64,000 bases of DNA from Chitinophagaceae bacterium (GCA_028288365.1 JAQBNU010000098.1:92134-156133); one strand, 5' to 3'; positions 1 through 10,954 are shown, numbered from the stretch's first letter. Made by a program: numbers and translations. The notes: generated by a model not told the origin, from the sequence alone.

Positions 1-372
1 GTCACGAATGCTGTCTACCCTTAGATCAGATGTGATGGGTTCATTCACATCGTCAGAATTATAATAAGCCTCTACGTCCTGATAGTCTACTTTGTTGGGC
101 TCTTTACTCTTCTTACGGTAATCGTTTATGAAGCTGTTCTTCAGTATTCTGAACAACCAGGCTTTGGCATTAGTTCCCTGCTCGTAGGATTCGAAAAATC
201 TATAGGCTTTTAAGAACGTGTCTTGTACCAGGTCATTCGCATCGTCTTCATCCAGTGTAAGGCGGTAGGCAAAGTTATATAGCGGAGAAAGTAAGTGCAT
301 GAATTCTTTTTCATACTGCTTGTCTTTTTCCTCTTTGCTCCCGTACTTGCTTTGATACATGTCGTTTGACAT
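1..372 (-). CDS. RNA polymerase ECF-type sigma-70 factor, N-terminal 124 aa (gene continues beyond the window start)
   Basis: Manual reverse-strand translation from the ATG at 372 gives MSNDMYQSKY...DLVQDTFLKAYRFFESYEQGTNAKAWLFRILKNSFINDYRK. This matches ECF sigma region 2.1/2.2. Not in the ORF track because it has no stop inside the window. Confidence 0.7.
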   Translation of the reverse strand, partial: MSNDMYQSKYGSKEEKDKQYEKEFMHLLSPLYNFAYRLTLDEDDANDLVQDTFLKAYRFFESYEQGTNAKAWLFRILKNSFINDYRKKSKEPNKVDYQDVEAYYNSDDVNEPITSDLRVDSIRD

Positions 373-517
373 AAAAAAGCGTTTAATTTAATGTATATTT
401 GTCCGATGTGGCTTCTACAAATATAGTTTTTAACGCTAAATTATAGAAGGGTTTGAGCGTAAATCATCAAATACTCTTTCCGCTGTAGACAAGAACACTT
501 TATAATACGATAAGATT

Positions 518-1774
518 TTGAATATAGAATATATATACACGCAGTCCGGAACCAGTGACTGGAAAAATAAATGGGTTTTGGTGTGCGCATTGACACTGAT
601 TATAGGCTTATACGTGTCACCGGCTTTGATGAGTATCGGTATGATCTCAACTGCTTTGCTGTTATTTACACCGGGTGCTCTTCCGCAGCTGCGAGACAAT
701 CTCAAAACACAACCGTTGTACATTCTTCTTTTTGGGATATTTGCCTTTTACTTTATCTCCGGTTTGTATTCGGATAACCTGCATTACTGGGCCGAACGTG
801 TACAAATCAAATTGCCTTATTTATTGTTACCACTTTCTTTTGCTGCCGTCAGTCTGACAAAGAAAACAGTCTACACGATTTTATATATTTTGTTCATTAC
901 GGTAACCATCGGTGCTATCGGAAGCCTGATCAATTTTACCTTGCATTACGATGCCATTGTGGAATCCTACCTGCATGCGAAGATCATGCCTACACCTTTC
1001 CATATTGGTCACATACGCTTCAGCCTGATGAGTGCCTTCTGTGCTTTGGCGGCGTGGGTCATGTACAAAGAACATTTCGTTTTCAAGTGGCAATGGGAAC
1101 GCAAATTGCTTTTGATCGGTTCGCTTTTTCTGGTTTTGTTTTTACACATTCTTTCTGTACGCAGTGGTCTGCTTGCCTTCTATGCAGCAGCATTTGTTTA
1201 TATCGCACTCGAAGCATGGAAAAATAAAAGCGTAAAAAATTTAGCGATTGGTTGTTTTTTATTGACGTTGGTTTGTGGTACCATGTATTTCCTGTCACCT
1301 ACCTTGCGCAACAAGGCGAAGTACATGAAGGAGGATGTCACTCAGTTTAAAGAGGGTAAAGACGTAGATCGTTATTCAGATGGGAACAGGTTATTGTCCT
1401 GGCAATTGGGTTGGCGCATAGGGAACGAACAACCATTGATCGGAGTGGGCATAGGAGACGTGTTAGATCACATGACTCATCTTTATAAAACCGAATATCC
1501 TTCCATCAGCTCCTATCATTGGCTGATTCCACACAGCCAGTTCATTTATATCTTCGCAGGTTGCGGTTGGTTGGGCATGTTGTGGTTCATAGCAGCCTGC
1601 TTCTATCCTTACTTAGATCCACGCCTCAGAAATTTTCCACTATTCATGATTTTCAATACCATCATCGTGACTTCTTTTATTTCGGAGTCTACGTTGGAAA
1701 TACAATTGGGCGTAGCACTGCATTTGTTTTTCATGTTGCTGCTGTTGTCTTCTACTAATCCTGTAAAAGAATAA
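518..1774 (+). CDS. Polytopic membrane protein, O-antigen ligase (Wzy_C/WaaL)-like
   Basis: 418 aa with about 10 predicted TM helices. Loop motif RLLSWQLGWRIGNEQPLIGVGIGD is typical of the O-antigen ligase/polymerase family. Sits beside polysaccharide deacetylase and GT2 genes. Confidence 0.5.
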   Translation: MNIEYIYTQSGTSDWKNKWVLVCALTLIIGLYVSPALMSIGMISTALLLFTPGALPQLRDNLKTQPLYILLFGIFAFYFISGLYSDNLHYWAERVQIKLPYLLLPLSFAAVSLTKKTVYTILYILFITVTIGAIGSLINFTLHYDAIVESYLHAKIMPTPFHIGHIRFSLMSAFCALAAWVMYKEHFVFKWQWERKLLLIGSLFLVLFLHILSVRSGLLAFYAAAFVYIALEAWKNKSVKNLAIGCFLLTLVCGTMYFLSPTLRNKAKYMKEDVTQFKEGKDVDRYSDGNRLLSWQLGWRIGNEQPLIGVGIGDVLDHMTHLYKTEYPSISSYHWLIPHSQFIYIFAGCGWLGMLWFIAACFYPYLDPRLRNFPLFMIFNTIIVTSFISESTLEIQLGVALHLFFMLLLLSSTNPVKE

Positions 1775-1777
1775 TAC

Positions 1778-2884
1778 ATGTTGTTTCTTTTTCTCATCGG
1801 CCTGTTTTTTATTTTGCTGGCCTGTTATGTATTAGGAAAAGGCAAAGGGACACCTGTATTGCTTTATCACCAGGTGAATCCATTGATCAACGTAACACCT
1901 GCTTTGTTTGAAGAACACCTGCAGTACATTGCTTCACGTTATGAAACCCTGACGTATACAGAAGCATATGATGTTGTGAAACAACAGGGTAAACTTTCCT
2001 CGAATAGTTTATTGATTACATTCGATGATGGTTATTACGACAATTACAAAATTGTTTTTCCGCTGTTGAAAAAGTATAACCTGAAAGCGACCTTTTTCAT
2101 CAACACGTTATTCATTTCTACTGCACCACGCACAGAAGATATTGCCTTCGAAAAAGGAGAGGACACCAACATCAAAGCCTTGTTGAAATACTATGCCAGC
2201 GGCGATGGCACAAGTACTCAATACATGACTGCTGTGGAGATACAGGAAATGCAGGCCTCTGGCTTGTGCGATTTTCAGGCGCATACACATACGCATGCGC
2301 CGGTTTTTGTTTCGGACGAATTGATTGGTTTTAGAGGCGCTGCACATCACGATTCTTCTCCGGTTCATTTGTACCATGGAAAAGTAGAAGAAGGTTATCC
2401 TGTTTTTAAAAGCAGAAGTACCATGACTGCTCCGGGATATCAACTGGATGTACAACGTGCAAAAGCATTTGCAGAAACATGGAAAACGAATTGGAAAGGT
2501 TTAGCTAAAGCAGAAGCGTTGAAAGAAGCGAAAGCCTATCTTCAAAAACATCCAGTGTTAAAAGCGTACTCCGAAGAAGAAGCCAGACAACGAGTGATCA
2601 AAGAAATTCAAACGAATCAAGAACAGCTTCAACAGATCACGGGTAAACCGATCATTTTTTTTGCATGGACGTGGGGGCATCAATCTGCCTGGGGTAGAAA
2701 GATCATGTGTCAACAAGGCATCGTTGGTTTTATTTCAACACGAAAAGGTGGGATCGGTTTGAAACCCGATTGGATGAATTTAAAACGTGTAGAGTTGAGA
2801 GATCCGTCAATGGGGAAGCTCAAGAGGATATTAATGATTACCTCAAATTCTTTTACATCGTGGATTTATACAACAGTGAGTTAA
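1778..2884 (+). CDS. Polysaccharide deacetylase (NodB homology domain), N-terminal signal anchor
   Basis: Motif LITFDDGYYDNY...ATFFINT is the canonical NodB-family TFDDG motif. His-rich segment QAHTHTHAP. Confidence 0.75.
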   Translation: MLFLFLIGLFFILLACYVLGKGKGTPVLLYHQVNPLINVTPALFEEHLQYIASRYETLTYTEAYDVVKQQGKLSSNSLLITFDDGYYDNYKIVFPLLKKYNLKATFFINTLFISTAPRTEDIAFEKGEDTNIKALLKYYASGDGTSTQYMTAVEIQEMQASGLCDFQAHTHTHAPVFVSDELIGFRGAAHHDSSPVHLYHGKVEEGYPVFKSRSTMTAPGYQLDVQRAKAFAETWKTNWKGLAKAEALKEAKAYLQKHPVLKAYSEEEARQRVIKEIQTNQEQLQQITGKPIIFFAWTWGHQSAWGRKIMCQQGIVGFISTRKGGIGLKPDWMNLKRVELRDPSMGKLKRILMITSNSFTSWIYTTVS

Positions 2885-2930
2885 GAAATCAGAAATCAAA
2901 GAATACTGTTTTCTAATCTCAGATTTCTGA

Positions 2931-3692
2931 TCACTGATCTCTCCCTTCCATCATCTTCAACTTCATATATTTCAAGAATACATAATTCGCACTTTGCTTT
3001 GCGATGGTGTATCCATGGTATCCGTCTAAGATCCCCAGTTTTAAAATATAATCCCTGAAGAAGCTGAAGCATGGCGCGATGTAGAGTTTTACAAAACTTG
3101 CTTTTTTACCGCGCTTGAATAAATCTTCTGCATGCAGTGAAGTGTAATGATTGATTTTTTCGATGTATTCTTTCAGGTTGCTGATGGTATAATGATGAAT
3201 GTATCCTTTTGTCAGCTTACCGATTTTTGCTTTGGACGGGATGATTAATTTCTCGTGTATGTCGCCTTCCCATTTGACAACACTTTTATCAAAAATGCGA
3301 ATGTGTGATTCCGGATACCAGGCTCCGTGACGAATCCATTTTCCACAAAAGTTGGTCAGGAAAGGTAAGTCATAAGCCACGTGTATTGGACTGTTCATTA
3401 ACTCAGCGATGGCTTGTCGCATGTCTGCGGACAATTCTTCGTCACCGTCAATGGATAAAATATAGTTGTGTTTGGCTAAACTGTTTCCGTGATTTTTTGC
3501 TGCTGAAAATCCCTGCCAAGGTTTCACTTCAAAGGAAACTGAAAACTGTTTGCATACATCCGAAGTATGATCCGTACTTCCCGAATCAATGATCACGATA
3601 TCATCCGTCAACGGAAGCAATGATTGAATACATCTCGCGATGTGAGCTTCTTCGTTTTTAGTAATGATGACGGCGCTGATAGGAGATTTCAT
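2931..3692 (-). CDS. Family 2 glycosyltransferase (LPS core/KdtX-WaaE-like)
   Basis: N-terminus ISAVIITKNEEAHIARCIQSLLPLTDDIVIIDSGSTDHT carries the GT2 DxD-region signature. 253 aa. Confidence 0.8.
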   Translation of the reverse strand: MKSPISAVIITKNEEAHIARCIQSLLPLTDDIVIIDSGSTDHTSDVCKQFSVSFEVKPWQGFSAAKNHGNSLAKHNYILSIDGDEELSADMRQAIAELMNSPIHVAYDLPFLTNFCGKWIRHGAWYPESHIRIFDKSVVKWEGDIHEKLIIPSKAKIGKLTKGYIHHYTISNLKEYIEKINHYTSLHAEDLFKRGKKASFVKLYIAPCFSFFRDYILKLGILDGYHGYTIAKQSANYVFLKYMKLKMMEGRDQ

Positions 3693-3700
3693 AATTAGTG

Positions 3701-3808
3701 GTGAGTGGACAGTAGTCAGTACCGGAATGCCTTTCTACGGATCACATGTTATCATATTGTTAGTGTAAATATAAACTGACAACTGACAACTGACAACTGT
3801 CCACTCAC
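3701..3808. repeat. 20-bp inverted repeat (one mismatch) flanking a 68-bp spacer that ends in tandem AACTGAC heptamers
   Basis: Arms are GTGAGTGGACAGTAGTCAGT at 3701-3720 and ACTGACAACTGTCCACTCAC at 3789-3808. Four consecutive heptamers (3x AACTGAC, then AACTGTC) run 3774-3801, the last two overlapping the right arm. The left arm starts 9 nt upstream of the GT2 start codon. Confidence 0.8.
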
Positions 3809-3825
3809 ATAAATACTACATATCA

Positions 3826-3855
3826 CAAAAAAAGCCCTGGCGATGAACCAGGGCT
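3826..3855 (-). terminator. Rho-independent terminator of ahcY
   Basis: Stem AGCCCTGG / CCAGGGCT with loop cgatgaa, followed on the minus strand by a run of 8 T. Lies 22 nt downstream of the ahcY stop. Confidence 0.8.
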
Positions 3856-3876
3856 TCCTTGTATCAAATACAATTC

Positions 3877-5214
3877 TTAGTATCTGTATTCGTCAGACTT
3901 AAACGGACCTTCTACTGCTACGTTAATGTATTTCGCTTGTTCTGGACTTAATACATCCAAATCCACACCGATTTTAGCCAAGTGTAAACGAGCTACTTTT
4001 TCATCTAGGTGACGAGGCAATACGTATACTTTGTTTTCGTATTTTTTAGAGTTCTTCCAAAGTTCTAACTGAGCCAATACCTGGTTAGAGAAAGAGTTGG
4101 ACATCACGAATGACGGGTGACCTGTAGCACAGCCTAAGTTTACCAAACGACCTTCAGCCAACACGATAAGGTCTTTGCCGTTGATAGTGTATTTATCTAC
4201 CTGAGGTTTGATGTTGATCTTGCTTTTGCCATGTGTCTTGTTCAACCAAGCCATGTCAATCTCTGTATCGAAGTGACCGATGTTACAAACGATCGCTTTG
4301 TCTTTCATGTTTTCAAAGTGACGACCCACTACAATGTCTTTGTTGCCTGTAGTAGTCACGATGATATCAGCGCGTTTTACGGCGTCGTCCATTTTGCGTA
4401 CTTCGAAACCATCCATTGCAGCTTGTAGCGCACAGATCGGATCGATTTCCGTAACGATGACACGTGCTCCGGCACCAGCCAAAGAAGCAGCAGAACCTTT
4501 TCCTACATCACCATAACCTGCCACTACGGCTACTTTACCGGCCATCATGATATCTGTAGCACGACGGATACTGTCTACTAAAGATTCTTTGCAACCGTAT
4601 TTGTTATCGAATTTTGATTTTGTTACCGCATCGTTGATGTTGATAGCAGGAAGAGTCAATGTACCGGCTCTTTCTCTGTCTTTCAAACGCAATACTCCAG
4701 TGGTAGTTTCTTCAGAAATACCTCTGATGTCTTTTGCCAATTCAGGAAAACGGTCAAGCACCATGTTTGTCAGGTCACCGCCATCATCCAGGATCATGTT
4801 CAATGGTTTTCTATCAGGACCGAAGTACAATGTTTGTTCGATGCACCAGTCAAATTCTTCTTCGTTCAAACCTTTCCAAGCGTATACAGAAACTCCTGCT
4901 GCTGCAATAGCTGCTGCTGCGTGATCTTGTGTAGAAAAAATGTTACATGAAGACCAGGTTACTTCCGCACCCAACTCTACCAATGTTTCTATCAATACAG
5001 CTGTTTGGATTGTCATGTGCAAACAACCAGCGATACGGGCATCTTTCAATGGTTTTGAAGGACCGAATTCTTTACGGATCGACATTAAACCAGGCATTTC
5101 AGCTTCCGCCAATTCAATTTCTTTTCTTCCCCATTCTGCCAGGGACATTTCTTTTACTTTGTATTTCACAAATGTGTCAACCATATTGTCTTGTAGATTA
5201 GATGTGTTAGCCAT
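3877..5214 (-). CDS. ahcY: Adenosylhomocysteinase (S-adenosyl-L-homocysteine hydrolase)
   Basis: 445 aa. Conserved NAD-binding and catalytic segments ([37 protein letters not shown]). Confidence 0.95.
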   Translation of the reverse strand: MANTSNLQDNMVDTFVKYKVKEMSLAEWGRKEIELAEAEMPGLMSIRKEFGPSKPLKDARIAGCLHMTIQTAVLIETLVELGAEVTWSSCNIFSTQDHAAAAIAAAGVSVYAWKGLNEEEFDWCIEQTLYFGPDRKPLNMILDDGGDLTNMVLDRFPELAKDIRGISEETTTGVLRLKDRERAGTLTLPAININDAVTKSKFDNKYGCKESLVDSIRRATDIMMAGKVAVVAGYGDVGKGSAASLAGAGARVIVTEIDPICALQAAMDGFEVRKMDDAVKRADIIVTTTGNKDIVVGRHFENMKDKAIVCNIGHFDTEIDMAWLNKTHGKSKINIKPQVDKYTINGKDLIVLAEGRLVNLGCATGHPSFVMSNSFSNQVLAQLELWKNSKKYENKVYVLPRHLDEKVARLHLAKIGVDLDVLSPEQAKYINVAVEGPFKSDEYRY

Positions 5215-5276
5215 ACTTTAGGGGGGTAAATATACTGATTTTTTTTTATTTTAGTAGTCTATACCTACGTAAACAA

Positions 5277-6068
5277 CTAATTCATCGGATGGTTGAGAAA
5301 TTGGATACTTTTTATTTCGAACAGTTCTATTCCTTGGGTTGTTTCCAATATTAATTGACCTTGTTCGTCTACCCCTTTAAGGATACCGGTAAAAGGTTCT
5401 CCAGACGATTGAAACCAACGCCGTTCTTGGAGTCCATACAATATGGCATCGTAGACATGGTGGATGGTTTGGATTTCGGCTTCACTCAACGAATCGAAAG
5501 CAAGTGGTAAGTTTTCATCGAGGTATTGAAGCAGGCCGTTGAATAAATCGTAACGGTTGATGTCACAGTTGAAGGCTAGAGCCAGTGAAGAAGCAGTGGG
5601 GAAATCAAATACACGCTGATTGACATTGAGGCCTATACCCACAACGCAAGAGTTGATGCTGCTTCCCTTTAGAGAGTTTTCGATCAGGATGCCGGCAATT
5701 TTCTTTCCGTGGAGGTATACATCGTTTGGCCACTTGATGCGGAAGGCATCAGCTGACGTTGAAAAATATGTCCTGAAAAAGCCTAATAAATGGATAGAAA
5801 GTGCTTTATTGAACAAAAACTGATCGGCAAGAGAAAGGTGCTGAAGACGAAGTACGATACTGAATGTCAGATTTTGTTGAGGCTCAGATAACCAGCTGGT
5901 GCCTTGCTGTCCTCTACCTCTGGTCTGGTTTTCTGTAAAAATAACCATTCCATTTTTGCAAAGCCCCCGTTGATTCAGGTCTTTCGCAAGGTCATTCGTA
6001 GAATGACAGGTTGTCAGGTAAAGGAACTGTTTACCTATATATTGGGTATTGGCAGTATAATTGTACAA
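5277..6068 (-). CDS. birA: Biotin--[acetyl-CoA-carboxylase] ligase, group I (no DNA-binding domain)
   Basis: 263 aa with BPL catalytic motif TRGRGQQGTSW and a C-terminal SH3-like domain. Confidence 0.7.
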   Translation of the reverse strand: MYNYTANTQYIGKQFLYLTTCHSTNDLAKDLNQRGLCKNGMVIFTENQTRGRGQQGTSWLSEPQQNLTFSIVLRLQHLSLADQFLFNKALSIHLLGFFRTYFSTSADAFRIKWPNDVYLHGKKIAGILIENSLKGSSINSCVVGIGLNVNQRVFDFPTASSLALAFNCDINRYDLFNGLLQYLDENLPLAFDSLSEAEIQTIHHVYDAILYGLQERRWFQSSGEPFTGILKGVDEQGQLILETTQGIELFEIKSIQFLNHPMN

Positions 6069-6097
6069 GATTTCATAATTTTACAAGCTAAATTAAC

Positions 6098-6508
6098 TTG
6101 AATAACTCAACATTGAAAACTAAAGTCACTAAAGTAAAAAGTAAAAAGTCTGCCAAAGAAGATACACTGAAAGATTTAGTGGTGTTGGGGATGCAGGATA
6201 AAAAAGCACAAGACATAGCGGTGATTGATTTGCGATCGCATAAGAATGCGATCGCTGACTTTTTCGTCGTTTGTTCGGGTACTTCCAATACACAAGTAGA
6301 ATCCATAGCCGATTCTATTGAAGACATGGTGTATAAACAATCACACGAATCACCGAGACATAAAGAAGGGTACGAGACCGCAGAGTGGGTGTTGGTGGAC
6401 TATGTAGACGTAGTCGCACACGTTTTTCAAAAAAGTAAAAGAGGGCATTATGCGTTGGAGGAATTATGGGGTGATGCCGAAATAGAGTATATTAAAGAAT
6501 TAGAATAA
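6098..6508 (+). CDS. rsfS: Ribosome silencing factor RsfS (Iojap family)
   Basis: Conserved DIAVIDLR...DFFVVCSG...WVLVDYVDVVAHVF motifs. Immediately upstream of ftsH, as is common. Confidence 0.85.
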   Translation: MNNSTLKTKVTKVKSKKSAKEDTLKDLVVLGMQDKKAQDIAVIDLRSHKNAIADFFVVCSGTSNTQVESIADSIEDMVYKQSHESPRHKEGYETAEWVLVDYVDVVAHVFQKSKRGHYALEELWGDAEIEYIKELE

Positions 6509-6534
6509 GCGTACGAAGTAGAAAAAGGAGTCTT

Positions 6535-8580
6535 ATGACAGAGCAACCAAAGAAGAAAAATAAAAAAATCATACCTGGTCCCAATCCCAAATCGAATGCA
6601 CAGATCTGGATGATTGTTTCGCTGATGGCCATGGTTTTTGCTATCGCTTACTTCTCTCGTGGTGGAGGTGTAAAGGAAATTACTAAAAAGGAATTTGAAA
6701 AAGCATACCTGAAACACGATGTAAAAAAAGTCGTGATCGTCAATGGAAGTACAGTAGAAGTAACGCTGAACAAAGAAGCGATAGAAAGTGGAAGATACGA
6801 AGGCATCTCTGCGGCTAAAACTCCATTCGGTGATCAGGGACCTCAGATGCAATTTGAAGTGGTGTCGGCGCAGAGCTTTGATGAGTACCTAGAGAAATTG
6901 CAAACCACGAATAAAGTTCCGGAACAAGATCGCATTCCGTTGGAAATTGAAAACAACCGGAGCGATATGTCCAATCAATTGATCAGCTGGGGAATTTTGA
7001 TTTTAGTATTTGTTGGCTTCTGGTACTTCATGCGTCGCATGGCCTCTGGCGGTGCTGGCGGGCAGATCTTCAACATTGGTAAATCCAAAGCAGCACTATT
7101 TGATGCAGACAACAAAGTGAAAATTACGTTTGCTGATGTAGCGGGTTTGGATGAAGCCAAAGAAGAGATCAAAGAAATTGTAGAGTTCTTAAGAACACCT
7201 TCTAAGTTTACAAAACTTGGAGGTAAAATCCCGAAAGGCGCGTTGCTGGTGGGTTCTCCAGGTACAGGTAAAACATTGTTGGCAAAAGCAGTGGCTGGTG
7301 AAGCAGGTGTTCCCTTCTTCTCTTTGTCAGGATCTGACTTTGTGGAAATGTTTGTCGGAGTAGGAGCGGCACGTGTAAGAGATTTATTTAAGCAGGCAAA
7401 AGAAAAAGCACCGTGTATCATCTTCATTGATGAGATTGATGCCATCGGTCGCTCAAGAGGTAAAGGCGCAATGCCTGGTGGAAACGACGAGAGAGAAAAT
7501 ACATTGAACTCTTTGTTGGTAGAGATGGATGGTTTCGGTACGGATTCAGGTGTTATCATTCTGGCAGCTACCAACCGTCCGGATGTCTTGGATTCAGCGT
7601 TGTTGAGACCAGGTCGTTTCGATCGTCAGATCAGCATTGATAAACCAGATATCGTTGGAAGAGAACAAATTTTCAAAGTGCACTTGAAGCCTTTGAAAAT
7701 GGCAGACTCTGTAGATCCTAAAAAACTGGCGGCGCAAACACCTGGTTTTGCAGGTGCTGAAATTGCCAATGTGTGTAACGAAGCGGCATTGATCGCTGCC
7801 CGTCACAATAAAGAAGCAGTGGACATGCAAGACTTCCACGATGCGATTGATCGCGTGATCGGTGGTCTGGAAAAGAAAAATAAAATCATCTCTCCGGACG
7901 AGAAAAAGATTGTCGCTTACCATGAAGCAGGTCATGCAGTAGCGGGCTGGTTCCTGGAGCATGCAGATCCATTGGTGAAAGTAAGCATTGTACCGCGTGG
8001 CGTCGCTGCGTTAGGTTACGCGCAATACCTACCGAAAGAACAATTCTTGTATACACAAGAACAATTGGGTGATGAGATGTGCATGACATTAGGCGGAAGA
8101 GCAGCGGAAGAAATCATCTTTGGAAAAGTGTCTACCGGTGCCTTGAGTGATTTGGAAAGAATCACCAAATTGGCTTATGGCATGGTGACGATCTATGGTT
8201 TCAACAGCAAGATTGGAAACGTTTCGTTTTACGATTCTAAATCGTCTTCCGATTATTCGTTCCAAAAACCGTATTCAGAAGCAACGGCTCAAATCATTGA
8301 TCAGGAAGTGCGCTTGATCATTGAAACGGCTTACCAACGCAGCAAGCAATTGTTGTTGGACAAGAAAAAAGAATTGGAAATCATCGCGCAGGAATTGTTG
8401 AAAAAAGAAATCATTTTCCAATCTGATTTGGAAGGCTTGATCGGTAAACGTCCGTTTGAAAAAGAAACGACTTATGCTGCGTATACCAATGGACGTGCAG
8501 ATGCACCGGTTGCAGATACGGTTCCGGAAATTATTCCTGAAGATCAGATTGATTTTTCTTCAAAGCCTGAACATGAATAA
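6535..8580 (+). CDS. ftsH: ATP-dependent zinc metalloprotease FtsH
   Basis: 681 aa. Walker A GSPGTGKT, second region of homology, zinc site HEAGHA, N-terminal TM helices. Confidence 0.97.
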   Translation: MTEQPKKKNKKIIPGPNPKSNAQIWMIVSLMAMVFAIAYFSRGGGVKEITKKEFEKAYLKHDVKKVVIVNGSTVEVTLNKEAIESGRYEGISAAKTPFGDQGPQMQFEVVSAQSFDEYLEKLQTTNKVPEQDRIPLEIENNRSDMSNQLISWGILILVFVGFWYFMRRMASGGAGGQIFNIGKSKAALFDADNKVKITFADVAGLDEAKEEIKEIVEFLRTPSKFTKLGGKIPKGALLVGSPGTGKTLLAKAVAGEAGVPFFSLSGSDFVEMFVGVGAARVRDLFKQAKEKAPCIIFIDEIDAIGRSRGKGAMPGGNDERENTLNSLLVEMDGFGTDSGVIILAATNRPDVLDSALLRPGRFDRQISIDKPDIVGREQIFKVHLKPLKMADSVDPKKLAAQTPGFAGAEIANVCNEAALIAARHNKEAVDMQDFHDAIDRVIGGLEKKNKIISPDEKKIVAYHEAGHAVAGWFLEHADPLVKVSIVPRGVAALGYAQYLPKEQFLYTQEQLGDEMCMTLGGRAAEEIIFGKVSTGALSDLERITKLAYGMVTIYGFNSKIGNVSFYDSKSSSDYSFQKPYSEATAQIIDQEVRLIIETAYQRSKQLLLDKKKELEIIAQELLKKEIIFQSDLEGLIGKRPFEKETTYAAYTNGRADAPVADTVPEIIPEDQIDFSSKPEHE

Positions 8581-8588
8581 TAGTTGCT

Positions 8589-9248
8589 ATGGCACTGAAT
8601 AGGGCGAAGGAAGAGATATTAAAAAAAATAAGACAAGCATTGATCAGGAAGGCTCCGACACAATCGGAGCCTAACTTTGTTAGTGATATTTATGCGAAAC
8701 CTGACGAAGAAGATTTGTTGGTCATGTTTGCGCAACACCTGGTAAAAACCAAAGCGGCTTTTTTTTATTGCGAAAGCCAGGAAGATTTTACACAGCAATT
8801 ACAAGCCTACGCGCACAGCAAAGGATTCAAGCACATGCATGTGTGGGAACCTTCTCTACAAAACATGTTGAAAGAAGTACCGCTTGCTGTGATCAATAAT
8901 GAATTGTCCTGGGCACAGGCGCAGGTAGGAGTCACGACCTGTGATTCGCTCATTGCACGAACAGGCAGTGTGTTGTATACGTCGCAAACAGCCTCCGGCC
9001 GTCGCCTGTCGATCTATCCTCCTCATCACATTGTGATGGCTTATGCCAATCAGGTCGTGTATGATTTGGAAGATGCGTTTCGAAATTTGCGCATCAGGTA
9101 TCATAAAAATTTCCCTTCCATGGTATGCCTGGAAACAGGCCCCAGCCGTACGGCCGATATAGAGAAGACATTGGTGTTGGGTGCACATGGTCCTAAAGAA
9201 TTAACTGTATTCCTTATTGATGATGCTCCAAGTTCCACTTCAGAATAA
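8589..9248 (+). CDS. LUD-domain protein (LutC/YkgG family)
   Basis: C-terminal motif LETGPSRTADIEKTLVLGAHGP and IARTGSV resemble the LUD/DUF162 signature. Confidence 0.55.
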   Translation: MALNRAKEEILKKIRQALIRKAPTQSEPNFVSDIYAKPDEEDLLVMFAQHLVKTKAAFFYCESQEDFTQQLQAYAHSKGFKHMHVWEPSLQNMLKEVPLAVINNELSWAQAQVGVTTCDSLIARTGSVLYTSQTASGRRLSIYPPHHIVMAYANQVVYDLEDAFRNLRIRYHKNFPSMVCLETGPSRTADIEKTLVLGAHGPKELTVFLIDDAPSSTSE

Positions 9249-9978
9249 AAAAGTATTTTTTCTTTCCGATTTCCATCTGGGTAATCCTAACGATGAAGTC
9301 AACAGGAAAAAAGAGAAGAGCATCGTCGCTTTTTTGGATTCCATCAAACACGAAACAGCTGCTTTGTTTTTAGTAGGAGATGTATTTGACTTTTGGTTCG
9401 AATACAAATATGTAGTACCGAAAGGATTTGTACGTGTGCTGGGCAAGCTGGCAGAGTTCCATGATGCCGGTATCCCCATTCATTTCTTTGTGGGCAATCA
9501 TGACATGTGGTCGTTCACGTATTTCACCGAAGAATTTGGTGCAAAAATGTATTATCAACCCACCGATTTTCAAATCGGAAACAAACGCTTTCATATCGGA
9601 CACGGTGATGGTTTGGGACCTGGAGACCGGAATTATAAATTTTTAAAATTATTTTTTAGAAATTCATTTACGCAATGGCTGTTTCGCATGTTACCGGCAT
9701 CCATAGGCATGGGCATTGCGCATTACTGGTCCAAGACCAGCAGAGCAGGCAATAAAGACGAAGAGTTTTTTGGCGAAAACGAATGGTTGATTCAATATTG
9801 CAAAGAAGTGGATGCGCATACGCCCTTTGATTTTTATTTATTTGGGCATCGTCATCACTTGCTGGAATATACCTTGAAAAGTGGAGGAAAGTATGTTAAC
9901 TTAGGTGACTGGATCAATTTCAATTCCTATGCCGTCTTTGACGGAGAACAACTGACCGTAAAACGATTTGAGAATTAA
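9217..9978 (+). CDS. lpxH: UDP-2,3-diacylglucosamine diphosphatase (LpxH-like calcineurin-type metallophosphoesterase)
   Basis: Motifs FLSDFHLG, LVGDVFDFWFEY, VGNHDMW and GHRHH. The true start is probably at the MLQV methionine near 9223. Confidence 0.65.
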   Translation: MMMLQVPLQNKKVFFLSDFHLGNPNDEVNRKKEKSIVAFLDSIKHETAALFLVGDVFDFWFEYKYVVPKGFVRVLGKLAEFHDAGIPIHFFVGNHDMWSFTYFTEEFGAKMYYQPTDFQIGNKRFHIGHGDGLGPGDRNYKFLKLFFRNSFTQWLFRMLPASIGMGIAHYWSKTSRAGNKDEEFFGENEWLIQYCKEVDAHTPFDFYLFGHRHHLLEYTLKSGGKYVNLGDWINFNSYAVFDGEQLTVKRFEN

Positions 9979-10765
9979 CTATTTCATAGCACTGTTTCTT
10001 TTCTTCTCGCTCCATGCGGTGCATGGACAAACATGGAAATTTTTGGATTCAGCAGTATTGAAAGCTCCTGTTGACCGCATTTCTGCAGATCATTATAAGA
10101 ACATGTTCATCACCGACGAGCATGGAAATGTTTACAAATACGATTCACTCGGCAAATTGCTCATCACTTATTCTCCTCCTAAACAAAGCCGGGTTTCATT
10201 GATCGATGCCTGGAGAGGAATTAACATTTTTTTATTCTATGAAAACTTTCAGGAGTATTTAGTATTGGATCGATTTTTTGGACAAACCGAGCCGCTGGCC
10301 ATGGATAGGGACAGAGTAGGCTTTGCGCGTATCGCTACATTTGCGTTGGACAATAACCTTTGGATCTTTGACGATATTGATTTTTCCTTGAAAAAATTCA
10401 ATACACAGTTTGAAAAAATTGACTTGGAAACACCACTTGATTTAATTTTAGATGCCTCAGAATATGAAATCACTTTCTTGAGAGAATATCAAAATCAATT
10501 ATTTATTGCAGATCGGAATTCAGGTATTTTGGTTTTTGATAACCTTGGTAATTACAAAACGAAGTTACCTTTCCCTGGTGTTTCGTGGTTTGCCTTTTTG
10601 AATGATGAGATTTATTTTGTGCAAGGAGAGGAACTTATACGGTACAACTTATATACGTTTAAAGAACAAAGATCACCCTTGCCTGTGAAGACACGTTTGG
10701 TGCTTTTGTACGAGCACAAAGCATTTTTTATCAATCAGAAAGTAGTTAAGATCTATACGTATTAG
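9968..10765 (+). CDS. Hypothetical secreted protein
   Basis: Signal peptide MRINYFIALFLFFSLHAVHG. No recognisable motif. Confidence 0.5.
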   Translation: MRINYFIALFLFFSLHAVHGQTWKFLDSAVLKAPVDRISADHYKNMFITDEHGNVYKYDSLGKLLITYSPPKQSRVSLIDAWRGINIFLFYENFQEYLVLDRFFGQTEPLAMDRDRVGFARIATFALDNNLWIFDDIDFSLKKFNTQFEKIDLETPLDLILDASEYEITFLREYQNQLFIADRNSGILVFDNLGNYKTKLPFPGVSWFAFLNDEIYFVQGEELIRYNLYTFKEQRSPLPVKTRLVLLYEHKAFFINQKVVKIYTY

Positions 10766-10954
10766 ATTTTTTCAAAAACAGTTATAAATCTTACACAGTA
10801 TATATCCTGCTTGCGGCTTCCAATAAGGTCTCTGACGATTTTATTTTTTTATAAAACCATTGGAAACTTTTGAAAGATCTGTAGTTCCCATAAATTTGTC
10901 TGGAATTGTGTCTTATGACTAGCATTCATTTTCACTTTTAATGAACTTATTTCA

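Noticed and set aside
436-1298. Short ORFs (95, 68, 60, 70 and 71 aa) overlapping the O-antigen-ligase-like gene
   Set aside because: They overlap a strong 418-aa polytopic membrane protein ORF on the same or opposite strand and carry no motifs. Typical shadow ORFs.
3693-3876. Possible SAH riboswitch associated with ahcY
   Set aside because: This region is downstream of ahcY, not its leader. The actual ahcY leader (5215-5276) is only 62 nt, too short and lacking SAH-element features. The structure here is better explained as a terminator plus the inverted repeat.
10766-10954. Possible cobalamin or TPP riboswitch ahead of the TonB-dependent receptor
   Set aside because: No B12-box (GCCACTG) or TPP consensus elements seen. 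The region is ordinary AT-rich promoter DNA.
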